A stretch of 64,000 nucleotides of DNA from an uncultured Gemmatimonadaceae bacterium. GTDB lineage: Bacteria; Gemmatimonadota; Gemmatimonadetes; Gemmatimonadales; Gemmatimonadaceae. The stretch is taken from contig CAWHHI010000006.1 in assembly GCA_963829055.1 (NCBI GenBank), positions 96,001 to 160,000 of the forward strand, given 5' to 3'. The first letter of the stretch is position 1. Every line of letters begins with the position of its first letter. Below, piece after piece: positions 12,285-20,354 of the stretch. Under the pieces are notes generated by a model that was not told the DNA's origin, did no database searches, and saw nothing but the letters and a program-made list of their open reading frames with translations. The translations under genes and the position numbers were made by a program.

Positions 12285-12386
12285 GACTTCACCGTCGGCC
12301 GGCGGGAGTGTGGCGCCAACAGCGTTAGGCGAACGCGACTCCCTGTGCTGCGAGCGATTCTGCTCCCGTCGTGCCTCGGTGAAGTC
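12285..12386 (+). ncRNA. Structured RNA candidate, possibly a degenerate Y-like RNA
   Basis: GACTTCACCG/CGGTGAAGTC terminal stem, CGGCGGGAGTG/TGCTCCCGTCG stem, internal GCGTT/AACGC hairpin. Confidence 0.45.
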
Positions 12387-12392
12387 CCATGT

Positions 12393-12467
12393 GCCGCCGT
12401 AGCTCAGTGGATCCAGAGCACCTGGTTACGACCCAGGGGGTCGCGTGTTCAAGTCACGCCGGCGGTT
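12393..12467 (+). tRNA. tRNA-Arg(ACG), atypical
   Basis: Cloverleaf: GCCGCCG/CGGCGGT, D arm GCTC/GAGC, anticodon arm CCTGG-TTACGAC-CCAGG, T arm GCGTG-TTCAAGT-CACGC; U73, no encoded CCA. Confidence 0.8.
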
Positions 12468-12476
12468 CCTTTTGAT

Positions 12477-12603
12477 GGGCCTGTAGCTCAGTTGGTAGAG
12501 CACCAACAAACACCCTTGCCGTTTTCGTCCGCCTAACGGGCCGCAGGTGGAGGGTTATCGCCTTCAACGCGGGAGGTCGCAGGTTCGAGTCCTGCCAGGT
12601 CCA
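12477..12603 (+). ncRNA. tRNA-topology Y-like RNA: tRNA body with a Ro-type helix inserted in the anticodon stem
   Basis: Acceptor GGGCCTG/CAGGTCC-A, canonical D and T arms, 54-nt insert (12505-12558) forming ACCCTT/GAGGGT and CGTCCG/CGGGC-C-G bulged-C hairpin; upstream of rsr. Confidence 0.75.
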
Positions 12604-12607
12604 TATT

Positions 12608-12770
12608 TGTCATTCCGAGCGGTGATGTCATTCCGAGCGAGCGCAGCGAGTCGAGGAATCGCGATCATATCGGTAGAGGGCCCTCTATCGGGACGAGTCG
12701 CGATTCCTCGACTCGCTTCGCTCGCTCGGAATGACTACCCGCTCGGAATGACATCGCCCGCTCGGAATGA
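12608..12770. repeat. REP-like element with duplicated ends, inside the RNA array
   Basis: Two TGTCATTCCGAGCG starts and three CGCTCGGAATGA ends. Confidence 0.85.
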
Positions 12771-12806
12771 TTGCGACGTGTATGGGCTTTTGCCGCACGT
12801 CGTCCG

Positions 12807-12921
12807 GGGATCGTAGTTCAACGTCAGAACGCGCCACCGCCGCACGAGTCCTTTGCCCGACGAGGGCCGACGAGTGCGGATGAACGGTGGCGAGATGCGG
12901 GTTCGACTCCCGCCGATTGCC
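12807..12921 (+). ncRNA. tRNA-topology Y-like RNA (permuted YrlA-like)
   Basis: D arm GTTC/GAAC, T arm GCGGG-TTCGACT-CCCGC; anticodon arm replaced by CGCCACCG/CGGTGGCG + CCGCAC/GTGCGG + TTGCCC/GGGC-C-GA bulged helix. Confidence 0.75.
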
Positions 12922-13026
12922 GGTGGTACTTGTAGGACAAATCTGCGATTCGGATGGTCGCCTAACGGGCCCGGCTGGCTTCTTGGCGCATTCGAACGGC
13001 GGCCGCAGATAACTGAAACCGCAATT

Positions 13027-13392
13027 CACCGCGGAGGACGCTGAGGACCGCATCGCAACCATCTCAGACGAAAAACGCGAACGGATTCGCCGGATCGGCC
13101 GGATCGACTCCGAGGAGAGGCGGGTCGGCGTATCGCAACGAGCCCTTTGAAGGGGAACAGCACGCACCAGTGGCGGGTCATCCCGAGCGGCAGCGTTTGT
13201 CATCCCGAGCGCAGCGAGGGATCTTCTCGAACGTCATCGTAGCCAGTCCGGCCACGATGCCATCACACAAGGTCCCTCGTCGCTAGCGCTCCTCGGGATG
13301 ACCACGGAATCAATCCGCCAGATCAGACGAATCCGTTCGCGTCCTTCGTCTGAGGTGGTTGCCGAAGCAGTCCTCGGCGTCCTCCGCGGTGA
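13027..13392. mobile_element. MITE/REPIN-like foldback element
   Basis: About 86-bp imperfect terminal inverted repeats (13027-13112 / 13305-13392) enclosing a GTCATCCCGAGC...CTCGGGATGAC REP variant. Confidence 0.6.
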
Positions 13393-13497
13393 CATGGCCG
13401 TTGGCGTCGCCCGCGTTCGGCCGATGACCCTTGTCGGTCGTCGTCCAGCTCACGCGTCCGAAAGGCGGAGCAGGCCACCGCTGGCAACAGTCGTATC
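13391..13497 (+). ncRNA. Structured multibranch RNA candidate
   Basis: GACATGGC/GTCGTATC closing stem, 10-bp hairpin 13418-13440, GCTC..CC-GAAA-GG..GAGC hairpin. Confidence 0.35.
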
Positions 13498-13499
13498 TC

Positions 13500-13615
13500 A
13501 GTCGTGGAGCCGAAGGGCGGTTCCCTCTCCAGTGCCTCGCCCGACCCATCGGGCCGATAGACGAGGGTTATCTGGTCAAGCGGGTTCGAATCCCGACGCT
13601 CTTCGCTTCACGACT
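13500..13615 (+). ncRNA. Y-like RNA with two bulged-C helices and a T arm
   Basis: Outer AGTCGTGGAGC-C-GAAGGGCG / CGCTCTTC-GCTTCACGACT; inner TCGCCCGA/TCGGGC-C-GA; T arm CGGG-TTCGAAT-CCCG. Confidence 0.7.
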
Positions 13616-13634
13616 CGCTTGCACGACTCGCTTC

Positions 13635-13719
13635 GCCGAGTGGGTCGACGAGGCTCGATTATCGATGACACTCGGACTCCGAAAGGAGCAATTCGAGCCC
13701 GCTACCTCATCCGCTCGGC
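13635..13719 (+). ncRNA. Y-like RNA (linear topology)
   Basis: GCCGAGTGGGT-C-GA / TC-ATCCGCTCGGC bulged-C terminal stem, GGCTCGA/TCGAGCC upper stem, CTCC-GAAA-GGAG hairpin. Confidence 0.75.
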
Positions 13720-13731
13720 TACATCGTCCCC

Positions 13732-13831
13732 GGTCTTCGGGTCGACGCAGCGTGGGTTATCGGACCGTGCGCGGAGCTGGATCCAAACAGTTCCACATGG
13801 CAACCCCACCGCATCAACTCATCCGAAGGCC
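13732..13831 (+). ncRNA. Y-like RNA (linear topology)
   Basis: GGTCTTCGGGT-C-GA / TC-ATCCGAAGGCC terminal stem, GGGTTATC motif, GGAGCTG/CAGTTCC hairpin; ends 37 nt before the rsr ATG. Confidence 0.75.
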
Positions 13832-13867
13832 ATTCACTCCCATCACCCTCGACCAAGGAGGCGAGAG

Positions 13868-15529
13868 ATGTTGGACTTCACGAAGCACTACGTGGCTCGC
13901 CTAACGCGTCTCGTGACGCCGCAGGCCGAGCGTATCCCGGAGACCACTCAGGTCCCCAACTCGGCGGGCGGGTATGCCTGGCCCGTCGACCCGTGGACGC
14001 GCTTCGATCGGTTCCTGATCTTCGGGAGCGAGCGCGGAACGTATTACATCCGCGAGCGCACGCTGACGATCGAGAACGCGACGAACGCGCGCCTGGTCAT
14101 CGCGGAGGATGGACCTCGCGCCGTCCGTCGGATCGTCGAGGTCAGCACGGGCGGGCGGGCACCGAGCAACGATCCGGCGTTGTTCGCGCTCGCCATGTGC
14201 GCGGGGCTCGGGGACGACGTCACGCGCGCGATGGCGCTCGAGGCGCTGCCTGACGTGGCGCGCACGGCGACGCACCTCTTCCACTTCCTGCAGTACGTCC
14301 GCGCGTTCCGCGGGTGGGGGCGTGGCGTGCGTCGTGCCGTCGGACGCTGGTACACGGCCAAGCCGGCGCCGGCGATCGCGTACCAGATGCTCAAGTACCA
14401 GGCGCGTGACGGGTGGACGCACCGCGACGCTTTGCGCCTGGCGCACCCCAAGGCACCGACCGTCGGGCACGACGTGCTGTTTCGCTACGCCACGAAGGGG
14501 TGGGAAGGGGTGTTGGAGCTCGAGGGGATCAACGATCTCGACGTGGTCGCGCTCATCGAGGCGATCAAGTCGCTCGCGCACCTAACGCCGGCGGAAGCCG
14601 CGAGCGTGATCACGCGCATGCGTCTCACGCGCGAGATGGTGCCGACCGAGCTGTTGGCGTCGCCGGCCGTGTGGGATGCGTTGCTCGAGCGCATGCCGCT
14701 CATGGCAATGATCCGCAACCTCGGGGTCATGACGAAGGTTGGGCTGGTCGCGCCGGGAAGCGATGCGGCGCGGACGGTCGTGGATCGACTCTCTGACACG
14801 AACGCGCTGCGTGGCGCGCGCGTGCACCCGGTTGCGGTGCTCGTCGCCATGAAGACGTACGCGCAGGGGCGCGGAATGAAGGGAAGCGGGAAGTGGTCGC
14901 CGGTGGCGCAGGTGGTCGATGCGCTCGACAAGGCGTTCTACCTCTCGTTCGAGAATGCGCCCACGACGGGCAAGCGGATCATGCTGGCGCTCGACGTCTC
15001 CGGATCGATGGGGTCGCCGGTGTTCGGGATGGACTACCTGACGTGTCGTGAGGCGGCGGCCGCGATGGCGCTCGTGACGGCCGCGACGGAGCCGAACCAT
15101 CGCTTCGTTGCGTTCACGACGGGTGACTATCCGTCGCAGTGGACGGCGACGCATGGGTCGCAGTACAACACGGGATTGTCGGAGCTGGCGATCTCGCCGC
15201 GTCAGCGTCTGGACGACGTGGTGCGCCTGACGGGGAACCTGCCGTTCGGGGGAACCGATTGCGCATTGCCGATGGTCGAGGCGTTGAAGCATCGCTGGGC
15301 GGTGGACGCGTTCGTCGTGTTCACGGACAGCGAGACGTGGGCCGGGAACATTCATCCCTCGCAGGCGCTTCGCGAGTACCGGGAGCGCATGGGAATCGCG
15401 GCCAAGCTGGTGGTGGTCGCGATGACGTCGAACGGGTTCAGCATTGCGGACCCGGACGATGCGGGAATGCTGGACGTCGTGGGGTTCGATACCGCGACGC
15501 CTAACGTGCTCGCGGAGTTCATTACATAA
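13868..15529 (+). CDS. rsr: Ro60/TROVE domain RNA-binding protein (553 aa)
   Basis: NSAGGYAW, RFLIFGSERGTYY, GWGRGVRRAV, KYQARDGWTHRDALRLAHP, vWA MIDAS DVSGSM, GGTDCALP, TDSETW, LDVVGFD; AAGGAGG RBS. Confidence 0.95.
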   Translation: MLDFTKHYVARLTRLVTPQAERIPETTQVPNSAGGYAWPVDPWTRFDRFLIFGSERGTYYIRERTLTIENATNARLVIAEDGPRAVRRIVEVSTGGRAPSNDPALFALAMCAGLGDDVTRAMALEALPDVARTATHLFHFLQYVRAFRGWGRGVRRAVGRWYTAKPAPAIAYQMLKYQARDGWTHRDALRLAHPKAPTVGHDVLFRYATKGWEGVLELEGINDLDVVALIEAIKSLAHLTPAEAASVITRMRLTREMVPTELLASPAVWDALLERMPLMAMIRNLGVMTKVGLVAPGSDAARTVVDRLSDTNALRGARVHPVAVLVAMKTYAQGRGMKGSGKWSPVAQVVDALDKAFYLSFENAPTTGKRIMLALDVSGSMGSPVFGMDYLTCREAAAAMALVTAATEPNHRFVAFTTGDYPSQWTATHGSQYNTGLSELAISPRQRLDDVVRLTGNLPFGGTDCALPMVEALKHRWAVDAFVVFTDSETWAGNIHPSQALREYRERMGIAAKLVVVAMTSNGFSIADPDDAGMLDVVGFDTATPNVLAEFIT

Positions 15530-15530
15530 C

Positions 15531-15656
15531 GTCATTCCGAGCGAAGGCCGTCAGGCCGCAGTCGAGGAATCGTGACCCTATCCGATAGAGGGGCCCCTCT
15601 ACCGGTATGACAGCGATTCCTCGACTTCGCGCCTGCGGCGCTCCGCTCGGAATGAC
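15531..15656. repeat. REP-like element directly after the rsr stop
   Basis: GTCATTCCGAGCG...CGCTCGGAATGAC. Confidence 0.85.
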
Positions 15657-15673
15657 CAACCAGGAGGCGAGAC

Positions 15674-16138
15674 ATGATGTTGAACAGAATGACGAATCGT
15701 GCTCGCCTGACGCGTCTCGCGACGCCGCAGGTCGAGCGAAATCAGGGAACGTGGCTGCTCACGCGATCCGCCGATGCCCCCCAGTGGCCGGCGGACGAGT
15801 GGGAGCGGCTCGATCGCTACCTCATTTTCGGCAGCGAGCCTGACGCGACCACGCGTGACGTGCACGTCCTGCGCGGCCGCATCGAGGTCGATGGTCCTCG
15901 CGTCGTACGACGCATCGTCGAGCTCATCTCGCTCGGCCGCGTCGTCAGCGACGAGCCGTGCCTAACGGCACTCGCCATGTGCGCGACGCTCGGCAACGAG
16001 GCCACGCGCACCATGGCGTGCGAGGCGGCCGCTGAACTCGGCGCGTTTGAAATTCTTCAGGGAGGTGAGCGCGGGGCGGTCGCGTGGTTTGTCGCGGCCG
16101 CCCCGCATCGCCGGCTGTCACGTGTTCCAGCTGCCTGA
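15674..16138 (+). CDS. Truncated N-terminal paralog of Ro60 (154 aa; possibly a pseudogene)
   Basis: ARLTRLATPQ, DRYLIFGSE, DGPRVVRRIVE and ALAMCATLG match the Rsr N-terminus; same GGAGGCGAGA leader. Confidence 0.75.
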   Translation: MMLNRMTNRARLTRLATPQVERNQGTWLLTRSADAPQWPADEWERLDRYLIFGSEPDATTRDVHVLRGRIEVDGPRVVRRIVELISLGRVVSDEPCLTALAMCATLGNEATRTMACEAAAELGAFEILQGGERGAVAWFVAAAPHRRLSRVPAA

Positions 16139-16260
16139 TCCTACCTGCCAGCTGGTAGCTGGGTGCTCGTGCTTGTTGACGCGAACCGCGTCCAACTGCG
16201 CTGGGTGACGCTGGGTGAAGGCAGTCAGAATTGAATTGATATCCACAATCAACAACTAAC

Positions 16261-16581
16261 ATGAACAGGTTGAAGCAGTACCTCGAGGACGAGGAACCGC
16301 TGATGCCGGAGGGAGACTACTGGGTCATCGAGACGCGTAGCGCATACCTGGTCGTCTCGGCGGATACGGCACGCGCGATCGAGCGCGCGCTGACACGCCT
16401 CTGGCGCCCGCGGTGGCTCGTGTTCCGTGATCTCACGGGTGGTCGTCGACGTTTGCAGACGAACGTCGTCGAATGCATTTACGAGAGCACGGCGAAGCAG
16501 CGAGAAGTTCGGCGCGCGTTCGATCGCGACAGGCGCCGTGAGGAAAAGGCGGACCGGCGTCCGTGGGAAGACGACGACTGA
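16261..16581 (+). CDS. Hypothetical protein
   Basis: 106-aa ORF with ATG start and normal codon usage. Confidence 0.6.
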   Translation: MNRLKQYLEDEEPLMPEGDYWVIETRSAYLVVSADTARAIERALTRLWRPRWLVFRDLTGGRRRLQTNVVECIYESTAKQREVRRAFDRDRRREEKADRRPWEDDD

Positions 16582-16716
16582 ACACCGCGTCTTGCGACGA
16601 CCATCACGCGTCGCCGGTCGGGCTCGCTACTCCCAAGCGGGCCCTTCGGCACCAGCGGCCAGATCTTTGCGGCGGCTTTGCGGTCCCTTTTCACCCTACA
16701 CCGCGAGGCGCACCCA

Positions 16717-17229
16717 ATGGCAAAGACTCCGAAGATTGCTCCATGCCTCTGGTTTGCGGATGAGGCCGAAGAGGCCGCGCGTTTTTACACCGGGATCTTC
16801 AGGAAATCACGCATCCTGACGACGACGCGGTACGGCAAGGCTGGATTCGAAGCGCATCACCGGCCCGAGGGATCGGTGATGACCGTCGAGTTCGAGCTCG
16901 ACGGACAACGGTTCACCGCACTCAATGGTGGGCCGGCATTCACGTTCAACGAAGCGATCTCGCTTCAGATCTACTGCGATTCGCAAGACGAGATCGACTA
17001 CTACTGGTCGAAGCTGGGCGAGGGCGGCGATCCGAAGGCGCAGCAGTGCGGCTGGTTGAAGGATCGCTACGGCGTGTCGTGGCAGGTCGTGCCCAAGGGC
17101 ATGGAGGAGTTCTACAAGGACGAGAACTCCCCGGGCGCGCAGCGTACGATGGAAGCGATGCTCAAGATGAAGAAGCTCGACATCGCGGAGCTCAAGCGGG
17201 CTTACGACGGTGAGCTGGCGAACGTCTAG
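16717..17229 (+). CDS. VOC/PhnB-like (3-dmu-9_3-mt) family protein
   Basis: PCLWF..AEEAA.FY, FTALNGGP.F.FNEAIS, QCGWLKDRYGVSWQ. Confidence 0.9.
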   Translation: MAKTPKIAPCLWFADEAEEAARFYTGIFRKSRILTTTRYGKAGFEAHHRPEGSVMTVEFELDGQRFTALNGGPAFTFNEAISLQIYCDSQDEIDYYWSKLGEGGDPKAQQCGWLKDRYGVSWQVVPKGMEEFYKDENSPGAQRTMEAMLKMKKLDIAELKRAYDGELANV

Positions 17230-17249
17230 TTAGGCGCTGGCTACCGGTC

Positions 17250-17298
17250 GTCATTCCGAGCGGAGCCCGCGTACCGCGGGCGCTCCGCTCGGAATGAC
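17250..17298. repeat. Short REP-like hairpin
   Basis: GTCATTCCGAGCGGAGC...GCTCCGCTCGGAATGAC. Confidence 0.8.
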
Positions 17299-17422
17299 GA
17301 CCGCTCTGGACATGACAACGTGTCATGTTCGGCGGATGACGTTCCCCAGTGTCGCGAATCGGACGGAGTGCGTAACCTGAGCCCCAGGTTCAACGGCTAC
17401 AGGACTCATTCCGGATCCGCAC

Positions 17423-19250
17423 ATGCGCTCGCGCCGCTCGATAGCAGTCATTCCGTCGCTCATTCTCGCCATCGCAATCGCCGCCGCGCCGATCCTGGCG
17501 CAGGACGCGCCAGCTACACTCTTTCACAACGTCCGCGTCTTCGACGGGACGCGCATGCTCGCCGCCCAGGATGTGCTCGTGCAATCCGGCCGCATCGCGC
17601 AACATCGGGCCGAGCCTAACGGCACCCGCCGGCGCGGTCACGATCGATGGGCGTGGCAAGACGCTGCTCCCCGGACTCATCGACTCGCACACCCACACGT
17701 TCGGCGACGCCAGCAAGACCGCCCTCATCTTCGGCGTCACCACCGAGCTCGACATGTTCAGCGACGCCGCCGCGGCCCGCACTGCGCGCGCGGAGCAGGC
17801 AGCCGGCAAGGCCACCGATCGCGCCGATCTGTTCTCGGCAGGCACGCTGGTCACCGTTCCGAAAGGCCACGGCACCGAGTACGGCATGACGATTCCGACC
17901 ATCACTGAACCGGATTCCGCCCAGGCGTTCGTGGACGCGCGGATCGCGGAAGGGTCGGACTACATCAAGCTCGTGTACGACGACGGCCACACGTATGGCA
18001 TGTCGCTCCCCACGCTCCGCAAGGAGACGATGCGCGCGGTGATCGCCGCGGCGCACAAGCGCGGGAAGCTCGCGGTCGTGCACATCGGCGACCTCGCCGG
18101 CGCGCGTGATGCGATCGATGCCGGAGCGGACGGACTCGTGCACCTCTTCGTCGATCGCGAGCCCGACGCCGAGTTCGGAAAGTTCGTCGCGGCCCACCAC
18201 GCGTTCGTCACGCCGACGCTGACGGTTCTCATGAGCATCACTGGCGTCGGAGGTGGTGCGACACTCATCACCGACACGCGACTGAGTCCGTTCCTCTCGA
18301 AGATGGATCGCACCGTATTGGCGCAGGCATTCCCGACTCGACCGGGGACGCCGCCCAAGAGCTACGAGGCTGCCGAGAAGTCGATCAAGCAACTTCGCGC
18401 GGCGGGCGTTCCGATTCTCGCGGGCACCGATGCCGGGAACCCGGGCACGTCGCACGGTGCGGCGCTGCATCGCGAGCTCGAGCTGCTGGTGAAAGCCGGG
18501 CTGACTCCCACCGAAGCGCTGGCCGCCGCGACCAGCGTTCCGGCGAAGACCTTCCGGCTCGGCGACCGCGGTCGCATCGCGAAAGGCATGCGCGCCGACC
18601 TCGTGCTCGTGAATGGCGACCCATCTGTGGACATCACCGCGACGCGGGCGATCGACGGCGTGTGGAAGCAGGGCGTTCGTGCCGATCGTGACAGCTTCGC
18701 GAAGGCCATTGTCGCGGCGAATACGGCTGTCGGACGCGAGCCGCCCGGTGCAACTTCGGGCGTCGTGAGCGATTTCGAGAGCGGTACGACCGCGACGACG
18801 TTCGGCGCCGGCTGGTCGGTCACGACGGACGCGCTGGCGAACGGCAAGTCGGAGTCCGCCATGAAGGTCGTGAACAACGGCGCCAACGGCAGCGCGAAGT
18901 CGCTCGAGATCACCGGCACCATCTCGCCCGCGCTTCCGTACGCGTGGGGAGGCGCGATGTTCTCGCCGGGTCAGCAGATGATGACGCCGGCGAACCTGTC
19001 GTCGAAGAAGGAAGTGTCGTTCTGGGCGAAAGGTGATGGCAAGACGTACCGCGTGATGATCTTCACCGAGGGCAAGGGGTATACGCCGCTCATGCAGGAC
19101 TTCGTCGCAGGGTCCGAGTGGAAGCAGTACACGTTCCCGTTCTCCGCGTTCAGCGGAATCGATGGGCACGACCTCATGGCGTTGATGTTCGTCGGCGGAC
19201 CGCAGCCCGGCCCATTCGCCTTCCAGATCGACGACGTCCGCTTCCGCTGA
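17423..19250 (+). CDS. Secreted amidohydrolase with C-terminal CIA30/CBM11-like domain (frameshift near 17600)
   Basis: Signal peptide, LLPGLIDSHTH, AGTDAG, G.IA.G.RADL; C-terminal FWAKGDGKTY. Confidence 0.85.
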
Positions 19251-19267
19251 CAGCTATCTGAACACGC

Positions 19268-20354
19268 GTGCCTAACGCCACGGAGCCGCGCCGCTTTCGC
19301 CTCCTGCCACCGGAGCTGAGGCTGGATTCCCTACGCCTGGCTCACCTACCTCGGCTCTTTCTTCATCGAGCCAATCGTACGGGGATGGAATCCGGGCTAC
19401 TGGGCGGCAACGATCGCGGGCGCGCTCTTTTTCCTCGTGTCGTACTTCCGGGGGTACTGGGAGCGCGGTCCGCGGCTGGTGGCGATCATCGCATTTCAGG
19501 TGGCGTTAGGTGTCGGATTCTCGCCGTTCAACGCCGGCTCGGCCGTGTTCTTCGTGTACGCGGCGTCGTTCGCGGGAAAGCTGGATACAGCCAAAGCCGC
19601 GTTGTGGTTGGTGGCGCTCGTCACCGCGGTCGGAGCTACGACGGGATGGCTGGTCGGCGCGTCCCCCTACTACTTGGTTTCGGCCGTCGTCTTCGCACCG
19701 CTCATTGGCGCGGTCAACGTGCATTTCCACCAGCAGGAGAAAGCGAACGCAGGGCTGCGTCGCGCTCACGCGGAGATCGAGCGTCTCGCCGCGGTGGCCG
19801 AACGCGAGCGCATCGCGCGCGACCTGCACGATGTGCTCGGTCACACGCTGTCGCTCATCATCCTCAAGTCCGAGCTGGCGTCGAAGCTGTCGGCCAGGGA
19901 CCCGGAGCGCGCCGCGAAGGAGATCCGCGACGTCGAGCAGGTGGCCCGCACGGCGATGGCCGAGGTTCGCGAGACGATTCGCGGCTACCGGACGACGCTG
20001 GACGCCGAAGTCACCCGGGCGCGCGCACTGCTGGAGACGGCGGGGATTCCCGGGGAGTTCTCCGTGACGCTCTCCGAGCCTAACGCGGAACGTGACGAGG
20101 TCCTCGCGTTCGTGTTGCGCGAGGGCGTGACGAACGTCGTCCGCCACTCGGAGGCGACGGTCTGCCGCGTTCACGTCGAGCAGTCGAGCGACCGATGCAC
20201 GCTCACCATTCACGATGATGGCCGCGGCGCGGAGCCCACCGAAGGGAGTGGCGTTCGCGGAATGCGCGAACGGGTGAGCGCGGCCGGCGGGACGCTCGCG
20301 TACCAGGTGTCGGCCGGTACGCGCCTGACGGTCACGCTGCCGGTCGCCGGATGA
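19268..20354 (+). CDS. DesK-like sensor histidine kinase (frameshift near 19320)
   Basis: TM helices, ERERIARDLHDVLGH, EGVTNVVRHS, DDGRG, GSGVRGMRER. Confidence 0.9.

Noticed and set aside
12505..12558. Self-splicing group I intron in a tRNA
   Set aside because: Only 54 nt and located in the stem, not the anticodon loop
12477..12603. tRNA-Sec (UCA anticodon)
   Set aside because: 7-bp acceptor stem, 5-nt variable loop and A73 do not fit tRNA-Sec; no sel genes nearby
12285..13831. CRISPR array or tmRNA
   Set aside because: No identical periodic repeats or cas genes; elements are too short and lack a tag reading frame
13298..13867. 190-aa N-terminal extension of the 743-aa Ro60 ORF
   Set aside because: It runs through structured RNAs; the RBS and Ro60 similarity begin at ATG 13868
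17616..19169. Long antisense ORFs (also 10482-11822 and 51844-53490)
   Set aside because: High-GC shadow frames opposite well-supported genes
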